From Yuukianura sp. NJ FZ-2021 (Eukaryota): a stretch of 64,000 bases of DNA. Where the stretch lies: the NCBI GenBank assembly GCA_046563655.1, contig CM102288.1:4402001-4466000 (forward strand), written 5' to 3'. The notes beneath the pieces were generated by a model. The model worked only from the letters and a program-made list of their open reading frames with translations. It was not told where the DNA came from and did no database searches. Below, in pieces: positions 1-12,091 of this stretch (position 1 is its first letter; each line of letters starts with the position of its first letter). The translations under genes were made by a program, and so were the position numbers.

Positions 1-122
1 GAAAATTTCTACGAAACTAAACCTATCGTATCAATTCAACTGAAAACCAAAAATATTCTTTTCGAACGATGTTTTGAATTTTGAAATTTTCAATTTCTTT
101 TCATTAATTTTTTTTTTCAAAG

Positions 123-1661
123 CTGAATTTGAAGATGAACCGAATTTTGTGCAGAACGATGACCACAACATTTCAATCCTAGAAAATTCAACAGAAAATC
201 CAGAATTGACGCAAGACAAAAATTCTACTGAAGAAACTATCGCAGCACGAGAAGGACGTGCCAAATTTCATCAAAACCGAAGAGGACGCAGACCAGACGT
301 GCAGAAACGGAAACAACAAGAAAACAATCGCAAACGACAGGCTCTTGCGCAGCAAAAGCAAAACGGCCAGAAACAAACTAATCGTCAAAACAATCGACCT
401 GCTACACAAAATAAAAATGGTTTTCAGCGGCCGAATGCCAATCGGAAGGCCGTTGACATCACAAAGTACAACGCCTACATGGACGCAGTGCTCGGACGTA
501 TGAATGCCCTTATTCGTAAGAAACGTATGGATCCCCTTAGGGTCAACTTGTACGCAGGACCAGGTCCAGGTCAAGGTCAAAAGAATAATAAGGCGCCAAA
601 GAACAAAAACCGCGGGAATCAAGGAGCAGGGGGCAACAGGATTAAGAAAAAGGGCGGAGCAAGGTGGGAAGAAGACGACAGTCAAGTGATGTCGGACGAA
701 GATGACAGCGGCGACCGTGACGACAGCGGTGACGAAGAGGGCAGATCAGTTCGGGACTTTACCGTTATCAAACCAAACGTTTTTCAACGGCGCATGAGGT
801 AAGTACAGTTTTCACGGCGCGAAACGCGAAGTTTTCGGCAAGCAATCCATACAATTTTGTGTAAATTCCACAGAGCACTGGAAAATTCTACCGAATCATC
901 AACTGTTGAGAAAAAAAGAGAAACTGTTGACTCGGGAGACGTCGTGAGTCCGAATGTTGCCGAAGATGCTGCTGAAACTGAAGGTCGCGGAAAAGTCAAA
1001 CCAGAAACGACTCGAAAAGGTGTCAAAGGTCAACAAACTTCGGAAAAGAAGTCGCAAACTCAAAACTCGCGCGTGAAAACGCGAAATTCGCCAAGACCGA
1101 CACGCGGAATTCTTCACGGACTGTCCAGTCTTCGACGAGACGGAAACGTACAGATTATTAAAGATGGTGAAAAGGCGCGAATCATTCGAAGTCGGTTTCT
1201 CCTTGGTCCAGTTGCACTTGAAATTCATCCAAAGGTTAGCAAACCATAGAAAAAATACGTTTCAAAATTTCTAGAAAACTAAAATTAAACGTGTTAAAAC
1301 TTAGAAAACGAAAAAGAAAAACAGTCGTGAAGATTTTGATGACGACGACGTGAAACCGTCTCCACCATCTCCAACTCCAGCAGCTACAGCAACTGCACCG
1401 CAACTTAAAGGAATTTTAGAAATTCGTTTAAGTCCGGGCAAACCCACGCGAATTCGAAAACTCCGCGTCTTCCCGCCCGGAAACATTCAAGTCGATGGAG
1501 ATAAAAAGAGTGGGGCGTCACCAGGGGTCAAACGAGCTGGTTACCGAAAAGTTACACCAATGGCTACAGCTCGACTGCGTCAAACGGCCATTCAAGTTCT
1601 ACGTCAAGTTGATAGTAAGATGAAAACAAAAAATACACGACAACAGGATAAACTTTTATAA
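123..1661 (+). CDS. 5'-partial spliced gene (exons ~123-798, 874-1234, 1305-1661). Der p 7/group-7-allergen (TULIP)-like segments interrupted by long K/R/N/Q-rich low-complexity tracts
   Basis: Three ORF-track segments are joined by GT-AG introns that keep frame. Ordered blocks YNAYMDAVLGRMNALIRKKRMDPLRV, GILHGLSSLRRDGNV...SRFLLGPVAL and LKGILEIRL...KLRVFPPGNIQV resemble the group-7 allergen fold. The first exon lies upstream of the window. Confidence 0.55.
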
Positions 1662-1974
1662 TTTTTATAAAGCTTTAAATTATGAAGAATCGGTGGGGCT
1701 GGACTGTTTCAAAATTTTTTAAGTTTTTCAAAATCAAATTAATTTGTTCTTAAATTAAACTTTTTTCAGCAAAATAGTTAAGTTTTTGTAATAAAGTAGC
1801 CTGTAGAAGAGTTCAGATTATCCAATACAGTTAAAAAAATCACAATCCAATTTTTTTTTCAAACTGAACTGTGAATGAAAAAAAGAGCGATGATTTGCAC
1901 ATAAATTATCGTTTTAAAAATTTGGAATTTGAGAGAAAAATTCAAAAATCACGTAAACTTGTTTCGTTTCAACT

Positions 1975-4900
1975 TTACGAAGGGAGTTTGAATTCCATTA
2001 GCTTGATTGTGACATCATCCATGTTCGGTAGCACCACGGATCGCTAAAATTTTTTGAAAAAGAAGCAGTTAGAATTTTATTTTCATCATTTCAAAATTTT
2101 CGAAATGTACCTGAATCTGCTGATGAATTCTTCGCTGAATCCAGTCCGTGAGTGGATTCAACTTGACTTGTCTCTCACCAACTTTCGGCGTAGTAATTAG
2201 TTTCATTTCTGGTTTTGTTCTAAATCCCATCCAAACTCGATTCGTCGGTGGAGATGGAATGTTTACTGAGATCGTTCCTAAAACGAAAAACATTCATTAT
2301 AATACTAAATCTAGAGAAGATCACTGACATCGTCATCATACCTGACATTTGTTTGACCTCCACCGTTAGAGTGAGCGACGTATTTGCAACTTTCCCAATT
2401 GCACTCTTCACGACTTTCATTTCAGACACAAAATTGGACGTGGCGACTTTCTCCACCATTTTCAGCAGTTTGCCTCTTTTGCTTGGCTGCGTCATCTGTC
2501 CAGCTCCAGAACTCGTTGAGCCGTTTCCACGTTCACTGGATCCACCTTGACTGAATCCAAATTCCGATTCCAAGTCACCCTCAGTTTGTTTCAAAAACGC
2601 TTCTTGATCAATTTCTTCTTCAGATGATTCACCACTGTCCTCTGCCTCTGAATCATACAAGTTTCCAACAAGAGGTTCTGCTCCATCAGCTCCATCCTCG
2701 TCAAAAGGAGCAACGTTTTCTTCATTTCCTTGGACAGAAGCACTTTCTTCGTCACCCGTCGGAGAACGTCGTAGCTTCATTAAATTAATTTTTGTTTCCA
2801 AAGTGAGACAAAAGCTTCCTTCATAAGTTACGTCCAAATCAATCCAAAGTCCACGGGCATCCACAACTGGCGAAGATGCTCTGAAATCACAAAACAACAT
2901 CAAAATTGTTTCATTTTGACTAAAAACGTTTTATATAAAATGAAAAATACCGCTGAATAATTGGAAATGATCCGCCCAAGTCCAAATCCTTGACAATCAG
3001 CAACTCAACAAATGGAGGACGCCTTACAAAATTCAATTTGCGCTGAATCATATTCTGAAGTTGCAGAGACCAGTAAGGAGACCGAACAGCATCGTAAAGT
3101 AAACGTCCCAGCAAACCGTTCAAAAACATTGGACTCTGTGGAACCGTCAAAATGCTTTCAATGTCCAAAAGTTCATCAGTGGGGCTACTCCGCACTGACG
3201 CAGACGTCAAGCCACCATCAGCTGTTGCTGCAGAATCTTCTGATTCCACTGACGTTGAATTCTTCAACTTCACAGAACTCTTCCCGCCATCGTCTTGCTT
3301 GCCTTCTCGAAGTAAGGATTCAAAATTTGGCAAAATGTTGGTCATGTAGCGCATGTAATCTTGCTGTAATGCTAGGTCCTCTTCCGCCGTTCCAGTGGTG
3401 GTAGAATTAACTTTGGCAGCGTTAATCAGTCGTCGGAACCTGAGAAAAATTAAACCATGAAAGTTAGAACTTTGTTTGTTTTTGTTCTTTTTTAGATTTT
3501 TGGAATTCTAAAACTAATCTACAAAATGTAAACACTCACCAATCTTCTTTTTCCCGGCAAGTTCTTGCAAATAAGTAGAAAACTTTTCCGTCTGAAACTT
3601 TGTGGGAAAATTCCTTGTCGCCTTTCAATAGGCTCTTCGACGACATTCGCTTGACAAGAGGGGCGTGGCTAGGAGTTTCCTTTTCTTTGGCAGACGAACC
3701 ATTGTCAGCAGTTGCATCAGTAGGACTTGGCACTGTCGAAGCGGCATCGTACACTCGGGTTACTTGCCAGTAATGAGAAGGGTTTTGCAGACGAATACCG
3801 ATGGGGTACTGGCAACATTAGAAAAGAACGTTATTAACTAAAAACTGCTGAAATGAAGTTTTGAGTTCGGTATTACCTTTTTGTTCCAAACTCGACGACT
3901 TGCTAGCCTCTCAGGGGCAATAAAAATTTGAGCTCCAGTGAGGTTATAAATCCGATGTCGGATAAACTTGATGTCATTGGTAAACGGTGGATCGTTCCAT
4001 AACTTCCGTTTTGGAATACGATGCTTTGGTGAGGGAGTTGATATGTACAGAAGTGAAGCGTCGAGTCGAATAAAGACGGAGTCGGTCGAATGAAACGTTA
4101 TCACATGTGGATTGTAATTTCCTTCAAATTCTAGCATCCAACCCTGAAAAACAAAACGACAACTTTCAAAATTAAGAGACTCTCTGATCATGAGATTCCA
4201 AAAAAAGCAGCTGAAACGAACCTGAGATTTTGGCGACAGTTGAAGAATCTTGGTAGGAGTTGTGACTTGTAGTGACCCCGATGCGACAGAGTTGTTCGTC
4301 AGCGGAGGTGTAGGCGACCTTGACCCAGATTCTTCTCTGGGTGCAGGAAGCTCCGGTTTTGGCGACATTGTTTCATAAAACGTTTGTGATACGACCGTTG
4401 CAAAACAACCGCCAGCCACAAAGGTGAAAATTGCCAATAAAAATGAATTGAGTGGAAATACAATAGCTGCTGCGAGGAGACCAATACAAATTTTGGTGAG
4501 ACCGTGTTCTAGTAATTTCGTTCCGAACTTGAGACATTCGTCACGGAAAGAGAGACTTTGTTCTTCAGTGGCCGACGTTGCATCAGAGGCCGATTGGTTG
4601 TCAACAGTGGTGATGACCCCTTCAAACTTCTCCTTGAGTGAAGCGGGTGGAGTTGTCCAAGGGAGCTGAGCCATGTCAATTTGATCAGCAGCTAAAAGAT
4701 CTTCCATAGTAGATTCTTGCTCCAGACATGCCAAAAAATCAACTCCAATTTCTTCATACTCGTCTACTGCAGAAGGTTTCACTGTTTGAGTCAAGTTGGA
4801 CGTTATTTTTTGGGTTGAGTTGTCGTAACTGAAGATTCTAGAATCTTGACTTCCTCCCACAACAGTCTCTTGGCCAGTGTGTTCTGGAATAACGGACGGT

Positions 4901-5492
4901 CCATGTTGTTGTGGAAGGGGAGCACCTTCTTCTGGAATGAAGTGTGACACAATTGACTTGCGTTTGTCCTCAATCACAGTCTTAATTTTTCCACGGAGAT
5001 CAAGGTCAAGTGATAATGATTTTTTGTCCCATTTGTTCGTCCAGTTCTTTCGAATGTATTCTTTAATTGGAGAAGTTTCGCCAGGTTTTGGTGATGACGG
5101 AAGTGACTCCGACAGAGGACCAAGAGGCTCAACGTCTAAAAAACGTAAAAAATGGTTAGTTTTCAAAAAGTTGCGATTTCAAATAAAAAGTAAATTCAAT
5201 TTCTAATACCATTGCTACTGCCTGTACCCGCTTTACTAATCTGATCCAGTTCAATGCCACTGTCATCTGGTAAGTAGGTGACAGATGACGACAGAACTTC
5301 TTCCAGCTCATCATTTTCTGGACTAAATCGGAATGTTGGGAATGTGGTGGACGTGCCGCCAAATGATGAACTCGTTCCAGAGTTTTTGGTTCCACCTAGG
5401 CCAGCAAACGTTATGATTTTATTGGCTGCTCGACTTCGTCTGCTGGAAGTCCCACTGGGACTGGAGTTGATTGACGTGTTAGCAGATGACAT
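1975..5492 (-). CDS. TEX2: Testis-expressed protein 2 (Nvj2/TEX2-like ER contact-site lipid transfer protein: TM hairpin, PH, SMP domain), multi-exon
   Basis: TM segment ICIGLLAAAIVFPLNSFLLAIFTFVAGG. PH segments GWMLEF...VFIRLDASLLYIS and FYLFARTCREKEDW. SMP motifs FLNGLLGRLLYD, IQRKLNFVRRPPFVELL, RGLWIDLDVTYEGSFCLTLETKINL, VNIPSPPTNRVWMGFR and VLPNMDD. Introns are GT-AG, with ATG at 5492 and TAA at 1977-1975. Confidence 0.93.
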
Positions 5493-6637
5493 TGCATAAG
5501 ATTCTAAACGATTGATCTGGAAATAGCGCAAGTTTTTCAATTAACTTAAAGATAGTTATGACCTTACACAACACAGCCTTACCTCACATTCACATCCGAT
5601 AATTCCTTATTTCTTCAATCCCTTTGACATTCGGAAAGAACTATCCGTATGACAGTCACGCTGTGTTCACTTTATGGCAACTTTCTTCGCTCTCCTAAAA
5701 AAATACACAGCAAATTAGTTTTACGTCATTTTTCTCAGAAATTATTTCGTCAGTGCCTGCACTCCACAAGTGCAGAGACTTCGACTGTGACATAACAAAG
5801 ATGAAACATTTTTACTATGGCTTTATGTAAACTGCGTGCAAACGACGACCACAAAATATACACATTTTAGTAGACCAAGATGAAACCGCAATTCCGCAAT
5901 AACAATTCGGAAATTACACGGGAGAAAAAGCGAAACATTCGTTCAAAATCTCCTGAGAAGTAATTGACAAATTAGTTAAAATTAAGACCAGGAACAAAAA
6001 CTGTACCTTATCTACTGCTAGTCACGTCCAGAATGACAGTAATAAACGAAACCACGAAGGAAGTCAAGATTAATTCAGATTAAATATGACTGGACACTGG
6101 ACAGTTACAATGTTACAAGTGCAAATTCCTCAGATTCTTTCACATCTGTTTATCTTGTGTGTTGTTTTGTCTTCCATGGTCATTGTCCTCCTCCTCGTCG
6201 AGTCGAAAACAACAACAACAGTTAGTAAGTGTCCACACGTTTTCCACTGAATTCAACAACTATTCATAAATTGATTAGCGAATGAGAAAAAATGCATTAA
6301 TTCAACTCTAACTTACTACTGAAAGCCTACTAACTTGGGTTATCGATTGACTACGGACAGCTGTGTGTGTGTGGTAAGCAAATCCAATTTCGAAACAGGG
6401 CCATCAGCTGATCGTATTTTGAAATACTTAGTACTTACTAAATGTAATTAGAAGGAAGTTAATAACAAAAATGGAGCCTGCTGCTGTGCAACGAAAAAAG
6501 TTTTTTACTTTCACTACTTTCATCATCACCAAAGGAATTTCTCCCAGTTCCTTTGTTGCGTGACCTTTGACCTCTCATTTTCAGAAACTAACTACTACTT
6601 CCGACATTGAGCCGTTTCTTACGGGAAGGCTTGAATT

Positions 6638-7287
6638 ATGGCTTCTTCTGGACAGCCACCACCGCCAACAGGGTCAAAAGCAATTGACCCGCCGGGTCAC
6701 TCCTTTCTATCAGCCGTAAACGAGGTCAAAAATATGGAAAACTCACTACTCTCCCTCCTGTCGTCCTTCACACAGGGAAGCCTAAGTGCTTTCGGTAAAT
6801 ATTGAAAATGAATCACACACATAACGCCCTTATCAATTGGAGTTTCGAACTCTTACATGATGTAAGATGACTCATGATTTGACCTTCAATTGCAGGAAAA
6901 GGTCACTCTTTGGAAACAATGGAAGCTGTCAGAGCAAAGCAAGAGAGACTCGCACGAATGCACTTTGATCTCAATTCAGCAAAGGTTATGACAAAAAACA
7001 TGCAGTAATTATCACAAAACCTGAAATTTTTGGGCGTGTTATAAGTATTATTTCCCAAATACTTCATAAATCCGTAGCTAACATTCATACTTCTAAATAA
7101 TTTGAAATTGTCTTAACTTCAATAGTAGTTAATCTAAAGACATCTTTGACCTCTCCATGTTTAGGCTCAGCAGCAGTCCGGTGACACATCGCAGGACTGG
7201 CTCTCCGATAAGGACCAGAGTGACCTTGTGGCAGCTCTTCGGGAACTTTCCAAGGAAGTGGAAAAACTTCACGACACGTCCAGCTAA
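6638..7287 (+). CDS. CCDC28: Coiled-coil domain-containing protein 28 (CCDC28A/B family); exons 6638-6794, 6896-6984, 7165-7287
   Basis: Not in the ORF track because the exons are short. The spliced translation HSFLSAVNEVKNMENSLLSLLSSFTQGSLSAFG-KGHSLETMEAVRAKQERLARMHFDL matches the CCDC28 signature (HSFL..V..V..ME..LL.LL..F..G.L.AFG...ME.VR..QE.LAR). Confidence 0.88.
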
Positions 7288-7393
7288 AAATCCATTTTGT
7301 TCATAACATCGTACGGAGCTATTTGATATCCAGCGTATTCACGGTTATACTGATTACTGACTGACCATCTTCCATTGTCTTCCTGCTCATTCC

Positions 7394-10300
7394 TCAAAAT
7401 GTAGTCAATCCAGGAAATCCTTCTACAAATACAAAAACAAATCGATTTAACGTTAAGTTTCAACAATAAAATTGTTTTATGTAAATTCTTACGAATACTA
7501 GATGAAGATGGCAGCGGAACTTGGACAATCGGTGCTGAAATTTGGCTGTAAGGGTGTTGTTGGACTGCCATTGGATCGATTCCAGCGAGATGCATCAGTC
7601 TACTTCCTATTCTCCCGCCAGAAGGATCTCTGATCCTCTGACCCGTGAACTTGTTCATACTATTATGCGGCAACAGTTCATCACCCATAATGTCCATGAG
7701 TGGTCTTGGAGGACGTAGAGGAGCTGCCAAAGGTTCAGTGTTTGCTCCCGAAGCAGTTGGAGCTGGAGTCGTGGTTAACTGGGGAGGAAGTGGAAAATCC
7801 AACAGTTTTTGTAATGCTGGAGGTGGTGGAGGTGGAGGCATCAGGATCGTATCTTTCTGGACGACGGGATCGGCTGGAGGAGGCGGAGGAGGAGGTACTG
7901 GACCTGGCACGGTTTTGAGTAGTTCGCTGGCTTTCGTCTTTTCAGCTTTAGGAATAGGCAATAACCCGAGTGACTGGAGGCAAAAGGCAGCAGCATTGTG
8001 CTTGGCCTCTTTCTTGGCTTTGCTGGCAACACACGGTTGATACTCGACGCCGTTGACGGTGACTTTGTACACAAATTGCGGCTTATGTGACGGACCGTAC
8101 TCCAGAATAAGGTCAAACAATGGGTCACCCCAGCGTCGTTTAGCACAAAGCTCCATCAGAGAAGATACTGGATGTTTTCCTACAAATAAAAATAGCGGGA
8201 TTTTCAAACTTTTTCTAAAATTTCAAAAAATGAAAAAGTTATTATTGTCAATTCTTGTGGTGGCTGTGGCTCACCTGTCAGGTCAAAAACTGATGGTAAA
8301 CTGGGGCCGTTGATCTCCGCAGTGCTTGCTAATCCTTTCTTGTCCATCTTGATGTCCAGTGCCAAGGGTTCAGTCGATCCTTCTTTGTTTTTGCCCAAAC
8401 CTTCTCCAGGATTCCAGCCCATACGCTGCAACAAATGCATTCCCATGCCTCCCTGCAGCGCTGTTGCGGTCTTGAGCTGGTCTTTCTTCACCCATGCTTG
8501 CGGTCCGAGCAACAGTTCGGCTGGAGTCAAAAACTTTGGTTCCAGTGCTTTCGCTTCAGCCCACTCTTTCATCTATCGATGGAAACAAAAATTACTTAGT
8601 CATCTACTTTTAATTTAAGTGTTAATGTATTCAACGTTTCAAGAAACTCACCTCGTTTGAAGCACTTTCAAATCGTTCCTTGGCATCAGCGTTGTCTGGA
8701 TTCTCCTCCAAGTCTTTCACTGCTTGTAAGCGTTTTGATATAACTGCACCTATGTCGACGTGAGTTGCGGGTTTTGGCTCTAGAGTGATCTGTCTACCAG
8801 GATTTATCTCTGGAACATCTTTCATCACCGGCACAACCGCGCCAATCGGCAATAAACTAGGAAAATCATAAAAATTAAAATTTGAATTACAGACTCCTAA
8901 TTTTTGTAATGTAAAACGTACGCTTTGCTAAGATCTTCCTTCTTTTCTTTCTTTTTCTTTCCTTCCTCCTCCTTCTCAACCGGTTTCCACTCCAGTTCTT
9001 TGTGACGATGTTGTGTTCCACTGGACACTGGAAAGATGATCTTCAACTTTGCATTTTCAATTGCCAGTTCATGCGGAGTTCGGATTTGAAGTGGAATGGA
9101 GTTCCTTATGTTCATGGTAATGCCAGGCATAGGACGTTCCTTTACAGTGAATGGGTGATTGACTGGGTGATCGTCATCGGATGAATCATTGGCGTCTCCA
9201 GCAGCATCTCTCCTGGCAACCCTCTTACAATACTCTGTCAATTCCTCAATACTTTTTCCACCAGCCTTGATTGCCAGAATTTGATCTCTGGAGAAAATAT
9301 CCGTAGGTAAAACACCGGATCGCATCAACTTTGAAGCATTCTTCCTTGCAATCTCAAGCAGCACTGCTTTGTCAATGATGTCATCAGGATGTAGCCGTCG
9401 AAGGGTTGAGCGCTCTCGGTAATGTGTTCTCGACCTGGAACGAGAACGGGACGGAGATCTTGATCTTCGCGAATCAGGTGAACGAGATCGTGATCTCAGA
9501 CTATGTCGATGTCGATCCCGACGGTAGTCGTAGTAGTCATCTTCCAAACGTGAACTACGACCACTGTAACCGAATCCACCGTGACCTGAATTGTATTTTT
9601 GCCAGTCATAATCATATGCTGATGTACGACGTGCACTGGTGTTAGTATTGTTGTAGTAATAGGATTTGTCTGGTGAACGATCTCGAGCCCGTTCCCAACG
9701 ACAAGCTTGGTAAAAACTCTTGTCACGTCGGGATTCACTGTGACGACTGCGATCTGGTGACCGGCGATGAGGAGACTCTGATCGTCTCCTGCCTCTCGAA
9801 TAGAAATCGTCACGATCTTCAATGTCACCAGAGCTGTCTCTCCGTCTAGACTTTTTATGATGTTCGGACGAAGAACTTCCAATGTCACTTGACTCTCCGG
9901 AACTCCTTTTGTGTTTTCGTTTTTTAGATTCCGAGTCTTCGTCATTCTTAACTTTCTTTAGATGTTTCTTGCGTTCGGCTTTATGTTCAGCCTCTTCCGT
10001 AATTTCACCTTCCTCGACGTCAAGAACGATTGTTTTTCCACGGAATTGAATCGTCGGGTACTTGCTGACAGGAGGCGTAGCAGTAGCATCGCTGGAATCT
10101 TCGGTGAGATTTTCTGCTGTAGTTCGGCCATGGTCTTCCTTTACTAGCGGCGGTGGTGTTTGGGATTTTCGGTGCTTCTTAGAACCTGATTTCGTTTTGG
10201 ATTTTTCACTAGAAGAAGACGAGTCCCTCGATTTTTCTCGTTTAGATTTTTTCTTTTTCCTTGAGGTTTCTCCTTCTGTGTCACTGGAATCTTTGTCCTT

Positions 10301-10510
10301 CTTGCTACGTTTCTTTGACTTTTTGTCCTTGTCTCGACGTCCGACTGAAGACGAAGGGTCAGGGACCACTTCATTTTCATCAAAGGACGTATTGAAACTC
10401 CCAAAGAGTTCATCTAAGATTTCCGACGAAGATTTAACTGGTCTCGTATGGGAAACAGCCTCTTTCGTTGACTTCTCTCCAGATTTAGCTGATTTATCGG
10501 ATCCCATCAT
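7394..10510 (-). CDS. SON: SON splicing co-factor (RS region, G-patch, C-terminal dsRNA-binding motif), 5 coding exons
   Basis: K/S/RS-rich region, then IDKAVLLEIARKNA, AGGKSIEELTEYCKR, HPFTVKER, FPVSSGTQHR, G-patch GMGMHLLQRMGWNPGEGLGKNKEG and DSRM GKHPVSSLMELCAKRRWGDPLF. The last intron (~7492-7425) gives ...SIQGFPGLTTF* with the stop at 7396-7394. Confidence 0.93.
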
Positions 10511-10644
10511 GAAAGCGTATAAAATGCCCTTGCCTCACATCAGAACTAAAACAAAAACATTTTCCAGTTAACTTTGCAGGATAATTTCATCATAGCCTAC
10601 CCATGTACTTACAACATAAATATTTCATAACAAAACGAATCCAG

Positions 10645-11023
10645 GGTTGGAGATCACTTTCGCAGTCTGTTTTACTTAGAAATTTTTTTCGAGTGACATG
10701 ACCTATGCCAACCCAAAAAATGACCTCTACGAAAGTTGTCGGGGTCAATGAGTAGATCATTTTTTGTCCTATGACCTATGACCCTGTGACCAACCCCTGA
10801 GGTGTGAACTCTGATTGAAGGTTCAGATCCAGATTTTCGGATTTTTAAAAAACCTAACCTATAGCCTCCGGGAGTGGTCACAGGGTCATAGGTCATAGGA
10901 CAAAAAATGATCTACTCATTGACCCCGACAACTTTCGTAGAGGTCATTTTTTGGGTTGTCATAGGTCATGTCACTCGAAAAAAAATTTTCAAGTAAAACA
11001 GACTGCAAAAGTGATCTCCAACC
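10645..11023. mobile_element. Non-autonomous foldback/MITE, Mutator-like (379 bp, ~160-bp terminal inverted repeats, 9-bp TSD CGAATCCAG)
   Basis: 10645-~10803 (GGTTGGAGATCACTTT...) is a near-perfect reverse complement of ~10864-11023 (...AAAGTGATCTCCAACC). CGAATCCAG is present at both 10636-10644 and 11024-11032. No transposase ORF. Confidence 0.9.
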
Positions 11024-12091
11024 CGAATCCAGTATTTATTCGAAACGTTTAATTGGTGACATGCTACCGATAGTTCACTGCCTTCCTCCGCTTGATCACT
11101 GGAACTTGTTAACAACCGATTAACCGATACCCGAAATTGATTAAAATTTCTAAACTTCACAAAATGTTGATTATTTATTTCTTTGTGATTGTTAAATTCC
11201 ATTTCCAATTGCCAACTCAAAATTTTGCAGAAAAACCATCCTCCACTTAATTTCTAGCGCCTATTTCTGATTCTAAAATAATGACAATGCCCGTCCCTGT
11301 TGAATGGGTGAAGTAGTGAGAGTGAGTATGTTTTAGACTAATTCTCCAGTGAAAGTGGGTTGACGCAAACTTTAACGACAATATATGTGCCACTTGGCGG
11401 CTCGAATTGATGGCCGAACCTAACCTAACACACGAAACGTAGCTTAAACATAATTTCTTTGCAGTTGCGACCGGTGTAGCCATCAATTTTTAGCTATAAA
11501 GGTAAAAAAGTTAAAGGATGGCATGGTATCAGCGAGCAGCTAAACTCAGGTTACATGTGGGTTGTTAAAGTTCACTTCAACCGCACAAAAGTCAATTGAA
11601 TGTGTATTTTTTTAATTCTTTTATCGTTTGTTGATTTTTGCGATTCGGAGGTTTGCCAAATCAAAGGCGACGAAAGGTCTAGACTTCGAAAAACAAGACA
11701 AAGTAAGGGAATTTAACACATCATCACTTAATTTCCCTAAACTTGTTAAGCTATGTTAATTGTTTTGTATCATTTCACTTTTCGTTTTCACAGGTGAAAA
11801 GTTGTGAACGATGAGTCATTAACTTCTCTTCCTGGAAGAACGAAAAGAATTGCCGAATTTAAGGCAACGCAGCAGCGACTTTGGTCCAGGAAACAGGATA
11901 AAGGAATCAGAAATTAGCTTGTGGTCAACGATAAGGGTAGGACTGGAGAAGGAAAATTCAAATGTAAACAAGCTTTATCATTAAATTACAGTTACTAACA
12001 ACAAAACGTCTGTTAGTTAATGTTCTCTCACATTTCATTCGCCTTCTTTTCTATTTCAGATCTTGTTCTTTGCGAGGTATACTGATCCAGC

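Noticed and set aside
7284..7492. 307-aa ORF suggesting the SON CDS overlaps the CCDC28 stop codon
   Set aside because: The ORF reads through a GTAAG...TGTAG intron. The spliced frame stops at 7394.
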